Of a stretch of DNA of 64,000 bases, positions 1 through 14,123 are shown in pieces (the first letter of the stretch is position 1; every line of letters begins with the position of its first letter). The DNA comes from Octopus vulgaris (lineage: Eukaryota): contig OX597825.1 in assembly GCA_951406725.2 (NCBI GenBank), positions 77,066,001-77,130,000 on the forward strand. Reading direction: 5' to 3'. The notes below the pieces were generated by a model that was not told the DNA's origin, did not search any database, and saw only the letters and a program-made list of their open reading frames with translations. The translations under genes and the position numbers were made by a program.

Positions 1-812
1 ATGTATGCATAAATATATATATATATATATATGTGTGTGTATATATATAAATATGCACACATATCTACACAACATATATACATATAACCCACACTAGCAT
101 GAAACATGGTATTAAATGGTGTTATCTATAGAAATATAAATATAAATACATATAAATGCATATATAAATACATATATAAATAGGCATACGTCATGTATAT
201 ATACATGTGTGCATATGTATATGCATATATAAATGCATATATAAATACATATATAAACAGGTATACATTATGTATATATACATGTGTGCATATGTATATG
301 CATATGTATGTATGTATATATATATATATATATACATACACAAACATGTATAATTGTGTCAAGGACCTTTAATCATTTAAGGGTCGTACATGTATATATA
401 TAGATATATATGCACTCGATCACATAAATTTATATCTATCTGTACCTCTTTATTTATCTATCTATCTATCTCTCTACACACACATATGCATGCATATAAC
501 TCTTATGATAACATTAATTAGCATAATATCAATTAGCATAATAATAATACCAATATTAATAATAATAGTAGCTGCGATATGTGAAAATTAACGAAGAAGA
601 GAAATGAAAAAAAGAAAAGAAAAAGAAGCATGAAATTCCATCATGAAAGAGATGAGGAAAAATCCTGAAAGAAAAGAAAAAGATAATGATCACTACATGA
701 CAGATTAGAGGAAACAAGGCAGAATTTATGCATGCACACGCGTACACACACACTTGTATGTATGTGTGTATATATATATACATATATATACATACACACA
801 CATAGATATATG

Positions 813-864
<52 letters not shown>

Positions 865-918
865 CATATGCGTAGATATATGTATATGTTTATGCATGTC
901 TGTGTATGTATACTTTCA

Positions 919-962
<44 letters not shown>

Positions 963-1444
963 TATACAGATACGTATATTGTATATACACACACAAACGC
1001 TTATATATATGTGTTTCTATATATGTACATTTATATATGTGTATATAGTATATAAATGTATGTGTGTATATGCGTTTATGGGTACAATATATATATATAT
1101 ATATATATATATGCATACATACATACATACATACATACATACACAGATATGGATAGAATTTCGCAGTGTAGCAGTACGATGAAATGGTAGAAAATTTATG
1201 TATGGATAAGTGTTATAAACTATTTCAAGACATTACCAGAATAACTCGCTTCAGAATACCTGAGTTTGGTGTCGGAACAGAAACTCTACAAAATTCTGTT
1301 AATATTTATCGTTTCTGCCTAAAACAAGCAAAAAAACTGAGAGAAAGTTAATAATGGATATAAAATAGCAAAAAGAAGCAATAGAAATGTGTCTGAATTT
1401 ATGTCAGCTTCTCGGTAACCATTTTCACTTCTCTATTCATATTT

Positions 1445-1484
<40 letters not shown>

Positions 1485-1741
1485 GTTTCTGTCTATCTAT
1501 CTCTCATTTTCTTCTTTCTCCTTCCCATCTCATTCTTGCCCGTTCTCTCTCTCTCTCTCCTCCTTTATCTTCCACTCAATTCTAACCTTCCTGCGATACC
1601 TTTGTCTTCCCACAACTAATTCTACAACATGTCAATCATAATTCTTATAAACCATTGATTTATTACTGATCAGTGTCATTTCTCTCTTAGGTCGCTCTCT
1701 CTCTCTCTGTCTTTATTCAAGGTTTAACAGTCACCTATTCA

Positions 1742-1962
1742 TTAATCCATTAGCTTTCGGATTACTTTGTTAAATGTAATACCTATCTATTCACAATTTT
1801 TAAAATTCATCTTATATTACTTTCTAGGTTTCAAATTTCATAGACGTGATTATTTTTAGAATGATACTACAGGCTAGATGAGAGAGACCAGATCTGGACA
1901 GTTTGAACAAAATAAAGAGGATGGAATATTTGGGCCACACATGGCCCAAATTTCAGCATTTA
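1742..1962. mobile_element. Possible decayed piggyBac-type MITE
   Basis: Starts TTAATCCATTAGC, resembling a TTAA-CCC piggyBac end; the other end is degenerate. Confidence 0.3.
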
Positions 1963-2299
1963 ACATTACAAAAACACACAATCATATCTGATTTGCCCAC
2001 ACATTTATTCTCTCTTGTGAAAAGAGCTCACTAATTAAATCCTTCATAACTTCATCCTGTTCATCTTGGAAGATGAGCTGACTTATTAAATTTCGTACAC
2101 ATGTCCTCCTGTCTTGACATCAAATTCAGGTGCACGGAAGTAAATGTGCAATTATGTTAATTAACATACTAGAATTATTCTTGGCATTCAGTCAACACAT
2201 TCAATGGTGTTTCCATACTGTTGTGTGTGTTATACTTGTTGTCAATGCTTAAGGTTTCTCATAATATACTTTATATAAATATGTGTGTGTGTGTGTGTG

Positions 2300-2335
<36 letters not shown>

Positions 2336-2460
2336 CATACATACATACATACGTGTTTGTGTATGTATGTATGTGTGTGTGTGTATATATATATATATAT
2401 GTTTATATGTATGTATATACATTATATATATACACACACACATACATACATGTTTGTGTG

Positions 2461-2492
<32 letters not shown>

Positions 2493-3032
2493 TATATATA
2501 TATATACATTATATATATAAATCTATATATGACATATATATATATACATATATGAATCTATATATGACATACAAATATATATATATACATATAAATATAC
2601 ACATATATATATATAATCAGAAAACATATGCTCATGTTTTGAGTTCTGTTTTCCTGTTTGTGTCACCAAACCTATATATAAATATATTTATACACACAAA
2701 GATATAGATGCATTAGTCTATATTTACATATATATACATACATACATAAACATTTATATATACACATACATGCAAACACGAATACGGGGCCTATTATAGA
2801 TACCCTATGCAACTATAGAATTCTATAGGGACATGACAGCTCCCTGACCTTGTTCTCCCCTCCCTTTCACTGTTTCATCCTGCATCCTGCCCCACCCTGG
2901 GGCTTTTAACAATAAATAATAATGTAAAACATCAAAAGTTTATTATGACCATCATGTTGACGACTGACAATGATCATGATGGTGATGAGGATGTTGAGGA
3001 TGATGATGATGACGATGATGATAATAATATTA

Positions 3033-3063
<31 letters not shown>

Positions 3064-3267
3064 TGATATTAATAATATTAAAAATGTTCATAATAATACT
3101 AATTGTAATTCTTATCACATTGAGAATATCACCATACACAGAAGACTGAACTTATACATACATATATGTCATACGTCTATAGGGTTGCATGTACGCATAT
3201 GTGCTTGTGTGTGTGTCTATGTATGTGTATTTAAATACATAAGTGTAAATGTGTGTGTGTGTGTATG

Positions 3268-3306
<39 letters not shown>

Positions 3307-3387
3307 TGCATATAAATATACATACAAGTATTTGTATTTACATATACAGATATACATCTATATATGTATACATACATGTGTGTGTGT

Positions 3388-3418
<31 letters not shown>

Positions 3419-3423
3419 GGCAT

Positions 3424-3520
3424 ATTTTGCTGAGGGGGAATCAGAATTGTTTTCTGGTTTTAATGTTGAATGTGGAGCAGTAGGATCTGCTCTGTTGTTT
3501 ATGGCTGAGTATAGAAATAT
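3424..3520 (+). pseudogene. ND1: NUMT: fragment of mitochondrial NADH dehydrogenase subunit 1
   Basis: From 3426 it translates [31 protein letters not shown] (AGA=Ser, invertebrate mito code), matching the conserved ND1 motif [17 protein letters not shown]...FALLFMAEY; flanked by (TA)n. Confidence 0.93.
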
Positions 3521-3748
3521 ATATATATACACACACATACGCACATATGCATACATATGTAGATATATGTGTAGAGAAATATATATGTTTATATATGATA
3601 TGTATATATATATATATATAAATGATATATATATGTATATAGAGATATATGTATAAATACATTGCATATAAATATACATACATGTATTTGTACTTACATA
3701 TACAGATAAAAATCTATATATGTATACATACATGTGTGTGTATATATA

Positions 3749-3794
<46 letters not shown>

Positions 3795-4137
3795 TATGCA
3801 TACATATGTAGATATATGTGTAGAGAGATATATATGTTTATATATGATATGTATATACATATATATTGTTATGTATACATATATAGATTAATATATCTAT
3901 TATATATATATATATGTACATATATATATATATTCTCATATATGTTTGTAATTACATACAAATATATACACACACACAAACATATGTATATATATATATA
4001 TATATATATGTATGCATGCATGCATGTATGTATTCTTGTATAAAATATTTGTTAAATAACCCTGAAAGGAATTATGAAGTGTGAAGGAAAAAGTTTGCTG
4101 AAAGAACTGAAAGCAACATATACACATATGTACATAT

Positions 4138-4187
<50 letters not shown>

Positions 4188-4791
4188 TTATATATATATA
4201 TAGTAAACTAAACTAAAAAAAAAGCAAAAGCTGAATAAACTGCTTCAGCATCGAGAACTACAACAACAACTATATGAATTGTATTATTATTAACAACAAC
4301 AACAACAACAACAAAAACAACAAGACAGCTACCAAGAAGAAGGAGAAGAAGAAGAAAAGATAACTTTTAGTCTTATTTCTGTACATTATGTAAACGTTGT
4401 TTTGGTTTTGATTTTCTTTGAGTTCTTTCTTGAAGGCTCTGCAATTCAAGTATCATGTTTGTATGTGTGTGTGTGTATATACTCTATTATATGTGTGTGT
4501 GTGTGTGTGTATATGTATATACACTATATGTATGTGCAATATTGTATGTATATATGAACTTTTATACGCACACTGACATCATTTATATATACTTAAATTT
4601 ATATATATCTATATATGTATGAATGTATGTTTGTAAGTATATATATATGTATGTATGATTGAAGGTAATTTACTTGTATTTGAATTTTATGTGTGTGTGT
4701 ATATATATATATGTGTGTATATATGTATGTATATATATATATATATGTGTGTATATATGTACGTATATATATATGTGTGTATATATGTACG

Positions 4792-4848
<57 letters not shown>

Positions 4849-4870
4849 GCATATATGTATATATATATGC

Positions 4871-4907
<37 letters not shown>

Positions 4908-4919
4908 TGTATGTATATG

Positions 4920-4954
<35 letters not shown>

Positions 4955-6075
4955 ATATATATATGCATGTATGTGTATATATATATATATATATATGCAT
5001 GTATGTATATATATATATGCACACACACACAAATGTGTATATGTCTACATATACGTTTGTATGTTTATATAAGTATATGTATACATGTATGGGTATTATC
5101 ATAGATGCATATGTATATGCATTTATATATACCTCTGTGTGTGTATATATATATATATATGTCTGTTTATGGATATATATACTTTATGCATAGATACATA
5201 TATGTATGTATAGAAAAAACATACTTGTGTGTAATATATATATACACACACGTACATATATAACCACACATATCTATGAATGTATGTGTTTACACATACA
5301 TATATAGATGTATATATGTATGTATATAAATATATATACATATACATACTACACAGGTATACAGACATATTTACAATTTAATGAGATTCAGTATATATAT
5401 ACATACATACATATATATATACTTACATACGCTCACACATATATATAAGTATACAATTTATTATATAATATATAAACATTTATATACACACACATACAAT
5501 CATATATATATATATATATATATACATACATATTTATATATATGTGCACTCACACATACTCATATATATATATATATGCATCTATATATATATAACACAT
5601 ATGAATATAAAAGCATATATATATGTATGTATATATATATATATACACACACACATATATATATATATATACACACATAAATGATACCTATGTATACACT
5701 CACACACGTATATTCTCTAATAAACACTTAACAAAAACATGATTTCAATTTTTTTACTCATTATTAAAGAAAATATGGTTGTTTTTCTGCAGGTTCTCTT
5801 GTATTTCCTTGACATGCTTAAGTCAGCCTTATTGGGACTTTTGCTCTGGTGAAATATCCAGAATGAAGCCACTTTGGATAGATTGATTTTGAACTCTGAT
5901 GCCCATATACACTAAGTTATCACATTTTGCTCACTTCCTTTGTTTATAGCAAAGCATAGAAGTAAAGTGTGTAGAGTACGGTCTTCTAAAAAACAAGAAT
6001 ATTCAGTTTCAACCATACAGAATCTCTTTCGTTGTGTGAAGGAAGACAAAATCTTTATGAAACTATTTTAAGCAG

Positions 6076-6290
6076 GTGACAAAACTCCAAAACAAGGCTC
6101 AGTCTTTGCAGGGGAAGACCTTCAACAAGATTTCAAGATGTCAAGGAAGTCTAAGAGAATGTGACAAGTCGGTTGCTTGCTATCTTCAAAATGAAGTTCC
6201 AAGAATGCTCTCATCAATGGAAACAATGTGTTGGATAAATTGTGGGACTTTAGAAAGGGAACACTTCGAAAGAGACCGAAAACATTGGAT
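6076..6290 (+). mobile_element. Decayed mariner transposase C-terminal fragment
   Basis: With one frameshift it reads QWKQC/WINCGTLEREHFERD, resembling the mariner C-terminus QWKxRWxKCVxxEGEYFEGD. Confidence 0.55.
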
Positions 6291-6645
6291 TCATATGTGT
6301 GGCGATACATTTTCTGTTTTTATCAAACCTTGTATTTATATATACACACGTGTGTCTAAGTGTGTGTAAATGTACGTGTGAGTATTTTTATATATGTGTA
6401 TATGACAGTGTGTGTGTGTGTGTATGCAACAGTGTGTGTGTGTGCTGCATGTGTTAAAACAGCTCTATTTGCTTTGTTATGAGATTAAATTCATTCAGAG
6501 AACAGAAGTAGCAATGATAATCATGTGTATGTGTGTGATGGGCCTTGAAAATTGCTGGGGATATGTATATGTATCTATGTAGATGTATATATATATATAT
6601 ACACATATATATATATACGTGTACATATATATATTGATGACGATG

Positions 6646-6678
<33 letters not shown>

Positions 6679-6688
6679 AAAGATATAT

Positions 6689-8000
6689 ATCATCATCATC
6701 GTTTAGTGTCCGCTTTCCATGCTAGCATGGGTTGAACGGTTCGACTGGGGATCTGGGAAGCCAGAAGGATGCACCAGGCCCAGTCTGATCTGGCAATGTT
6801 TCTACAGCTGGATACCCTTCCTAACGCCAACCACTCCCTGAGTGTAGTGGGTGCTTTTTACGTGCCAGACGAGTCTGGCAAACGGCCATGATTGGATGGT
6901 GCTTTTTACGTGCCACCGGCACGAGGCCAGTCGGGGCGGCGCTGGCAACAGCCACGTTCGGATGGTTCTCTTACATGTCACCGGCACTAGTATCACAGCT
7001 GCAATTTCCATTGATGTTGATCGATTTTGATTCTCACTTGCCTCAACAGGTCTTCACAAGTAGAGTTTTGTATCCTAAGAAGGAACGGTATGCATAAGTG
7101 GACTGGCTACATCCCGTGTAGAGGCCACGGGTTATGGTCTCACTTGTCCTGCCGGGTCTTCTCATGCACAGCATACTTCCAAAGGTCTCGGTCTCTAGTC
7201 ATTTCCTCAGTGAGACCTAAAGTTCAAAGGTCGTGCTTCACCACCTCGTCCCAGGTTTTCCTGGGTCTGCCTCTTCCACAGGTTCCCTCAACCACTAGGG
7301 TGTGGCACTTTTTCACACAGCTATCTTCATCCATTCTTGCCACATGACCATACCAGCGCAAACGTCTCTCTTGCACACCACAACTGATGCTTCTTAGGTC
7401 CAGCTTTTCTCTCAAGGTACTTACACTCTGTCGAGTATGAACACTGATATTGCACATCCATCGGAGCATACTGGCTTCATTCCTCGCGAGCTTATGCATA
7501 TCCTCAGCAGTCACGGCCCATGTTTCACTGCCATGTAGCATGGCTGTTCGTACACACGCGTCATACAGTCTGCCTTTTACTCTGACCGAGAGGCCTTTTG
7601 TCACCAGCATAGGTAAGAGCTCTCTGAACTTTGCCCAAGCTATTCTTACTCTAGCAGTTACACTTTCAGCACACCCGCCCCCGCTACTGACTTGGTCACC
7701 TAGGTAGCGGAAGCTATCAACTATTTCTAGTTTTTCTCCCTGGAATGTAGCAGAAGTTGGTCTCAGAGCATTTTCAGTGTTTATTGTTCCTGAGCATCTG
7801 CCACATACGAAAACAATCTTCCTAGTTAGCCTTCCTTTGACATTGCTGCACCACTTATGTGTCCATAGCTTACACTTGGTGCATCTTATAGAGTTTTTAC
7901 CTACATCTTTTCTACAGATCGAGTAGGGCCATCTACCTGAAGGCATTTGTGATTTGTCTACCTTCCTACTTATTAGGACTTTGGTTTTAGCTAGATTGAC
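6689..8000 (-). mobile_element. 5'-truncated RTE-clade LINE (RT C-terminal region with PHD-like Cys cluster, 3' UTR, (GAT)n tail)
   Basis: ORF 7224-8144 contains FRYLGDQVS, RVRIAWAKFREL, LYDACVRTAMLHGSETW, RRLRWYGHVARM and GRGRPRKTW, plus the cluster SICRK..CTKCKLWTHKWC..FVCGRC. Premature stop at 7224; CATCATCATC at about 6690 is the tail; the 5' end abuts (TA)n. Confidence 0.93.
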
Positions 8001-8268
8001 TATATATATATATATATACACATACATTTCGCTTAGGCCTTTTGTACCTGGTGTATAGAACTCAATATACAATGCTATAGAACCAAGCATTAGTCTAATA
8101 TAAAGTGGTATGTGCACATGCAGCTGTAAGCTAATGAAATTCATGAAGTAATTATATATTTCTTTGATATATATATAAAATAAGATATAAAATATATTAA
8201 ATAAGATATAAAATACATTATAAATAAAGGTGGCTCATTAGTAATTAAAACTTAAAGGAAAGTTTGTT

Positions 8269-8322
<54 letters not shown>

Positions 8323-8574
8323 ATTATAAATAAGGGCAAAAGAAAAACTTTCTATGCCAATATTCTGAGAAATAGACTTTAAAGCACCAATCACCACACA
8401 CTATACACATCACTATACATACATGCCGTGTTGAAAACGAGGAAAGCAAGCTAACAGAATTTTAAAATTCATTATCTCTGAACAGATAACGTGAACAGGG
8501 ATTTATATGCTCAGTGAAGATCTACTGAGGATAGTAAAAAAAAAAAAAGAAACTAACTGGAGTTTTTCTAAGGT

Positions 8575-9050
8575 AAGGGAGTACCTCTGTTTAGGGCATA
8601 CAGTAAATATGCTGAGGTATGGATGCTGAAATTTCAAAGAGAATAAGGGCTGAATGGAAGGCATTTAACTCAATTAAGGATGAACTTAGGCTAGACAATG
8701 CCATATGTTTCAGATTTTTCAATAGTATCGTATTACCTGTGCTTTTAAATGCAGGTGAGACTTGGGCCACTACAAAGTGGATAGAACAAACAGCCATGAA
8801 AAGATCCATGCAAGGAACATAACTAAGAGGTCACACTAGAAATGAGATAATTTAAGAATGGAGTGGCGTGGACGATGTGGTCACAGAGTGCTGAATGCAC
8901 AAGTTCCATTGAGCCAGACATATTGCAAGGATCACAAACAATAGGTGGACTTGTGCAGTTGTCGAGTGGTATGACAGAGATTGGAAAAGGCCATTTGGAA
9001 AGTCTCCACCATGATGGGAAAACAATCTAGTCCAGTAATTTGGATGAAGA
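8575..9050 (+). mobile_element. Degenerate RTE LINE 3' fragment (second family)
   Basis: DAEISKRIRAEWKAFNSIK...FNSIVLPVLLNAGETW followed by a broken HIARITNNRWT motif; multiple stops. Confidence 0.8.
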
Positions 9051-9213
9051 TAGAAAAGTATGATACAACAAAAACAGAATCGGAAGTGCATTGTGACTAT
9101 CGGTATATAACAGCATCTGAAGGTCTGGTTGATACTCTGATACTGTTATACATACATAGATACATACATATATATATCAAATCAAAATAAGCAACAAGGA
9201 TATCCAGAGGTAA

Positions 9214-9300
9214 TGCAGTACGATCGTTTCATGCAACTTCATTTAATTGAACAATGCAATCATTGCATCTATTTAAAATTCAGAGCAATCCTCAGCTGCA
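9214..9300 (-). ncRNA. Type I hammerhead ribozyme motif
   Basis: Minus strand: stem I UGCAG/CUGCA; core CUGAGGA; stem II U.U plus UGC/GCA around a long loop; GAA then palindromic stem III ACGAUCGU; GUA cleavage triplet. Confidence 0.75.
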
Positions 9301-9481
9301 CATAGACATAGAATTTAATTAAATTAGAACAGATGGACACATTAGTATAATTGTACTAGGTGAGACAATTCGCCTCGAAATGTTTGAGGATCAGAGAAAT
9401 CAATATTTCACCATATATGTGTGTGTTTATGTGTAAATGCTAATGGCGAAGTGAGTCCAGAAAGAGGTGAAGTTGAGCTGG

Positions 9482-9532
9482 CTTAACTGATGAGGCAACG
9501 GAAATTGTTGAAATTGACGCACCAGTATTAAG
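9482..9532 (+). ncRNA. Type I hammerhead ribozyme motif
   Basis: Stem I CUUAA/UUAAG; core CUGAUGA; stem II GGCAA/UUGUU; GAA; stem III AUUG/CAGU with loop ACGCAC; GUA triplet at 9525-9527. Confidence 0.8.
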
Positions 9533-10000
9533 AATTCTTGATCGGCACTTTACGGACGATTGTAGTCTCTGTTAGTGTAAATGTTCACATTCATGTGCGT
9601 TAACTACAGAATTAGAGTGTTTTAGGTTTTATTTCTAGCAATGTGGGTGTTTTCTTACACCCTGGTCGCATTTAGTGATATTTGTAATTCTTCTTTTTGG
9701 TAAAACATTGCAAACTGCTGTGCAAAAATGGAAAAAAAACAAAAAAAACAAAACGCAAAAAAAACAAAAAGAAAACACTGGCGGAATAAAAAAGAAAAAA
9801 ACAGGAAAGCAGGAAAAAGTTTTTAATGTTTAGAGCGTGTTTTCTTCTACGGAAAAAATTGATGAGAAGAGAAAAAAATAGGGAAAAGAGCAAGCGTGCC
9901 TCGCTCAGACAATTGCTGTATGTATGGACCCAATTCAATAAAATTATGAAGGTTACTCTGATTACTATGCGTAAAATGCAAATTTTAAAATTTTTTTGTT

Positions 10001-10627
10001 GATTAGGGAGGCATAATACGCCCAGCCTTTCCATCTCAGTATTTACGCTACGCTTAGTACTGTTGTAGTACACATGCTGCGTACATTCCTACAACACCGT
10101 TTCTTTTATGTGTTATAAAGGCAGAAATAAATCTGCCTCCAACTCAATCATGTGTCTGTGTTTCGCTACATAAAGGTCACCAACTGCCTACCCTGAGTAA
10201 TTACTCACAGTATGTGCCTGGTTGGTTGGTTGGTTGGTTGGTATGTATGTATGTGTTTCTGTGTCTCCTTTTGATATCACGTGATGGTTGTGCGTATCAA
10301 CATCAGACAAAACATTATTGTTCGTTTCCAGCCTAGCACGTCGCAGTTTTACTTGTTTCAGTGATTAGACGACGGCCACGCTGGGGCACTGGCTTGAAGA
10401 ATTTTAGTCCAATGAATATTTTCCAGTTCCAACATATTTCAAAGCCTGGTACTTGTTCTATCGATTTCTTTTACTGAACCGCAAAGTTATGGGGACGTAA
10501 ACACACCATTATTGCGTATAAAGAAAACGTTGTTGTAGGAATGTACGCAGCATGTGTACCACAGCAGTATTATGCGTAGCTTAAATACTGAGATTGAAAA
10601 GCAGGGGCGAATTATGCCTACCTAATC
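10001..10627. mobile_element. ~108-bp inverted repeats (10001-10108 and 10519-10627) enclosing SINE fragments; MITE/foldback-like
   Basis: GATTAGGGAGGCATAAT...CATGCTGCGTACATTCCTACAAC is reverse-complemented as GTTGTAGGAATGTACGCAGCATG...ATTATGCCTACCTAATC; SINE-A 3' part at about 10347-10508. Confidence 0.75.
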
Positions 10628-10959
10628 TAAAAATAAAATAATATATTTTGTATATCTGGCACCTTACTCTCCTCTAGGAGACCCGTCCACCAGCTCAGAA
10701 CTGGTATAAAAACGTCTCGTTAATGGTTGTCCACTTCTATATCTGCCCTCTATGATCAGTCTACCTTTTTCCCCAACACTCCATCCCTAACATCCATCAC
10801 TTCTCTATCTCAGTTGCCTGCCTCCCTTCTACCCCGGCGAACCATTTCCCATTATCCTTCTCCCTCCTACAGTCTCCACCAGCCACCAACTTTCCATGCC
10901 TTCCCGCCTCTTTGTCATTCTCTGTCATTAATAGCACGCTTACCACAACCATCGCCCCT

Positions 10960-11280
10960 GAGCCTCTCCTCTATTTCTTAGATTCTGTAGGAATTGTGAC
11001 AGTTGTCTCCCCTCCGTTTGGCTGTTCGTTCCTCAGAAACTGTATTTAATTGTAGTATTCAGGATCCTTCTAGGATGGCTATTAATCTTTCTGGCTCTAT
11101 CTTCATGGTTGTTACCTTTAAGAGGACTGCTATTACTATCATTTTTACTTACTTTATTGCTGTCTATATACTTTATAGCGTTCTGGAATTCAGAATTCAG
11201 ATAGTCTCCCAGTATAATGCGCCGCTATAATTTGTGCCAAGTTATCGCTTGTGGAGAAGGCTAACCTGATATTGTGTCTA
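10960..11280. mobile_element. Possible scrambled CR1/L2-like RT C-terminal remnant
   Basis: Weak resemblance to LEERRxRGDLI (minus strand) and LYxxLEYxxxVWSP (plus strand); heavily decayed. Confidence 0.3.
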
Positions 11281-11563
11281 TTAAAGATTTTATGGTATTT
11301 TTTCGATTTAGGAAAATGTTTATCTATAGTGGCGGGCGAAAAATTTCCCTGAAATGTTAAAAGTTATTTGTCTACCGAATTCTGCATTATACCAAAATGT
11401 ATAAATGCATATATGTGTATATATGGCCACAGTCTAATAACTGAAAGACGTAAAAGATAAAGGAGAAAAGATATGTGTGTGTGTGTGTGTGTGTGTACAT
11501 GAATATATGAATAAACACACACATTCAGTGTAGGAATATATAACTATAATGATTATTCACATG

Positions 11564-11621
<58 letters not shown>

Positions 11622-12381
11622 GTGTTTCTTATACCTTTACTATTACATCTATGAATGATAAAGAATACATGACAATACTGTTGACATTTAAGAAAATACC
11701 AAGGGACTCCTGCTGCAGAAAGAAGAAAGGGTAAAGTGTGTGTCAACGTAATGTTGTCAGCCAGGAAATTTTAAATATTGAAAATTATGCCCGTAATAAT
11801 GAAGAAAAGAGAATCTGTATGTTTATAACTAAATTCTGCTCAAGAAAGTCAAGGAAGACAATTCCGAAGGATGAAACAATAATTAAAATTATTGAAAAAG
11901 AGAAAGACTTGAAGAACAATTTTGATCACTGTTCGGCGAGAATGAGGTGGGTTTGTCCAATTTCTGTTTCGAAAAAAAAAAAAAAATTACCTTCAACCGA
12001 AATGGTTCAGATGGTAGTTACCAAAGATGTTTCAAATTCAGAGAGGCGAGTGTTCAACGATTCCATTCAAAATGTCGTAAATTATCATGGGTTTAGACTT
12101 GTTATGGTTAAAACAACACCGTCTATATTGTGCAGCTGTGAAACATTACCAATATGACAAAAAAGATATTATGATGCTAATTTTAACCGTTGTTCACTAA
12201 TTAGATTTCTGGTGTAGATGTGTCTCTGTGGCTAAGAAGCAGCTTCCAATCAAAGAGCCCTAAGGTCTTGGAATCAGTTCCACCGTATTGCGTTTTGGGT
12301 ATGTGTCTTGTACAATGGTTCTGGGAAGTCTAAAACCTTGTGAGCTGATGGTAAATAGAAACTAAAAGGAGACTGTCGCGC

Positions 12382-12449
<68 letters not shown>

Positions 12450-12719
12450 TTAAAGATATAAACTCAAATTAGGCTATCATACTCGTGCATTTATAAAATC
12501 GACTTAAAATGCGTATACGTATATTAATACATATCGACACATATGAATATTTAAAAAAAAATATTTATAAAATATAAGTATATATATAAATATACATGAA
12601 AATACATGTAAAAAGAACCCATGTGGGATACGTATGGAAGGAATTTATATATATATATATATAACTACGAATGCTTTTATGAAGCACATGTCTGTATGAG
12701 AGGTCAGATTACCTTTATA

Positions 12720-13049
<330 letters not shown>

Positions 13050-13769
13050 TTATATATATATATATATATATATACATATACACACACACAACAAGAAATA
13101 ATATTTGTCTCTTTTTATAGAAACAAACGGGTTTATAGGACTGCAAAAGAAGTGCTCAAATATGATACAAAGATAAAGAAGCATTAATTAAACATTAAGA
13201 TTGGTTCAACGACTTTATATCCAACAAAACCCCTCAAACATTCAATCGTATATAAAAAAAAACACTATGGTTCCTAAACATACAAAAAAAAATAATTCAT
13301 ATATATATGTATATTTATACATATATTTATATATGTATGTATTTTTAAAATACACATATACACACACATACATATATGCATATCATCATTGAATGACCGT
13401 CTTCCATATTCTGGTATAGGTTGGACAGTTTGATAGGAGCTGGTAAACCAGAGGACTGCACTAATCTCTACTGTCTGTTTTGGCATGTTTTTTAACAGTT
13501 GGATGTCCTTCTTACTGTCAACCAGTTTACAAACTGGACGGAATGCTTTTTACACCACACCACTACCTACCTACATACAAAAACACACATGTATACATAC
13601 ACACACGCTTGCACACACACACATATACATACATGTATATATACATACACATATACAGACAAATGTATATGTATGTACTTATATATAATACATACATACA
13701 CTTATATATACATACACATACTTATATATATGCACACATATATATATGCATATACATGTGTGTATGCGA

Positions 13770-14045
13770 GTGCTTCTGAGTATCTTTGTCGAGATATCAT
13801 ATGATGGCTGTAAATGAGCCTCACCGTCATACGAGCGAGGTTGTTCACTTCTTGACTTGTGTGGTGAACATCTTTCGCTATGGGGAAATATTACCTTGGC
13901 TGGAAGCAAATGTGGGTTGTCGACGGGAAGGGCATCCAACCGGAAATAAATAGCCCCATAAAATTCCAGGTGAGCCAAATATGGAAAAGTGAGCATTAAA
14001 AAGATAAAGATGATGACAGTGATGATGATGATAATGATGATGACA
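13770..14045 (+). mobile_element. SINE-like element with RTE-type 3' tail
   Basis: GGGTTGTCGACGGGAAGGGCATCCAACC resembles GTTGGCGTTAGGAAGGGTATCCAGC in the RTE 3' UTR at about 6805-6830 (minus); ends in (GAT)n. Confidence 0.5.
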
Positions 14046-14123
14046 GTCCTGTTTGTTAAGTATGTCAACGCTAAATAAACTTTTGGCTTTCGTGCTGATG
14101 ATGTTCTTGAGAAAATAACTGAT

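Larger units (their letters stand above)
1..5710. repeat. Low-complexity (TA)n/(TATG)n/(TG)n microsatellite field with short unique islands
   Basis: Near-continuous TA/TG/TACA repeats; ORFs here translate to YI/CV/HT dipeptide runs. Similar tracts recur throughout the window. Confidence 0.95.

Noticed and set aside
1205-1260. Hammerhead-like remnant on the minus strand (CUGAAGC...GAAAUAGUUUA)
   Set aside because: Core, stem I and stem III are all mismatched; too degenerate to call.
11738-12157. 139-aa non-repetitive ORF
   Set aside because: GTG start, no recognisable motif or splice support; probably a decayed transposon or chance ORF.
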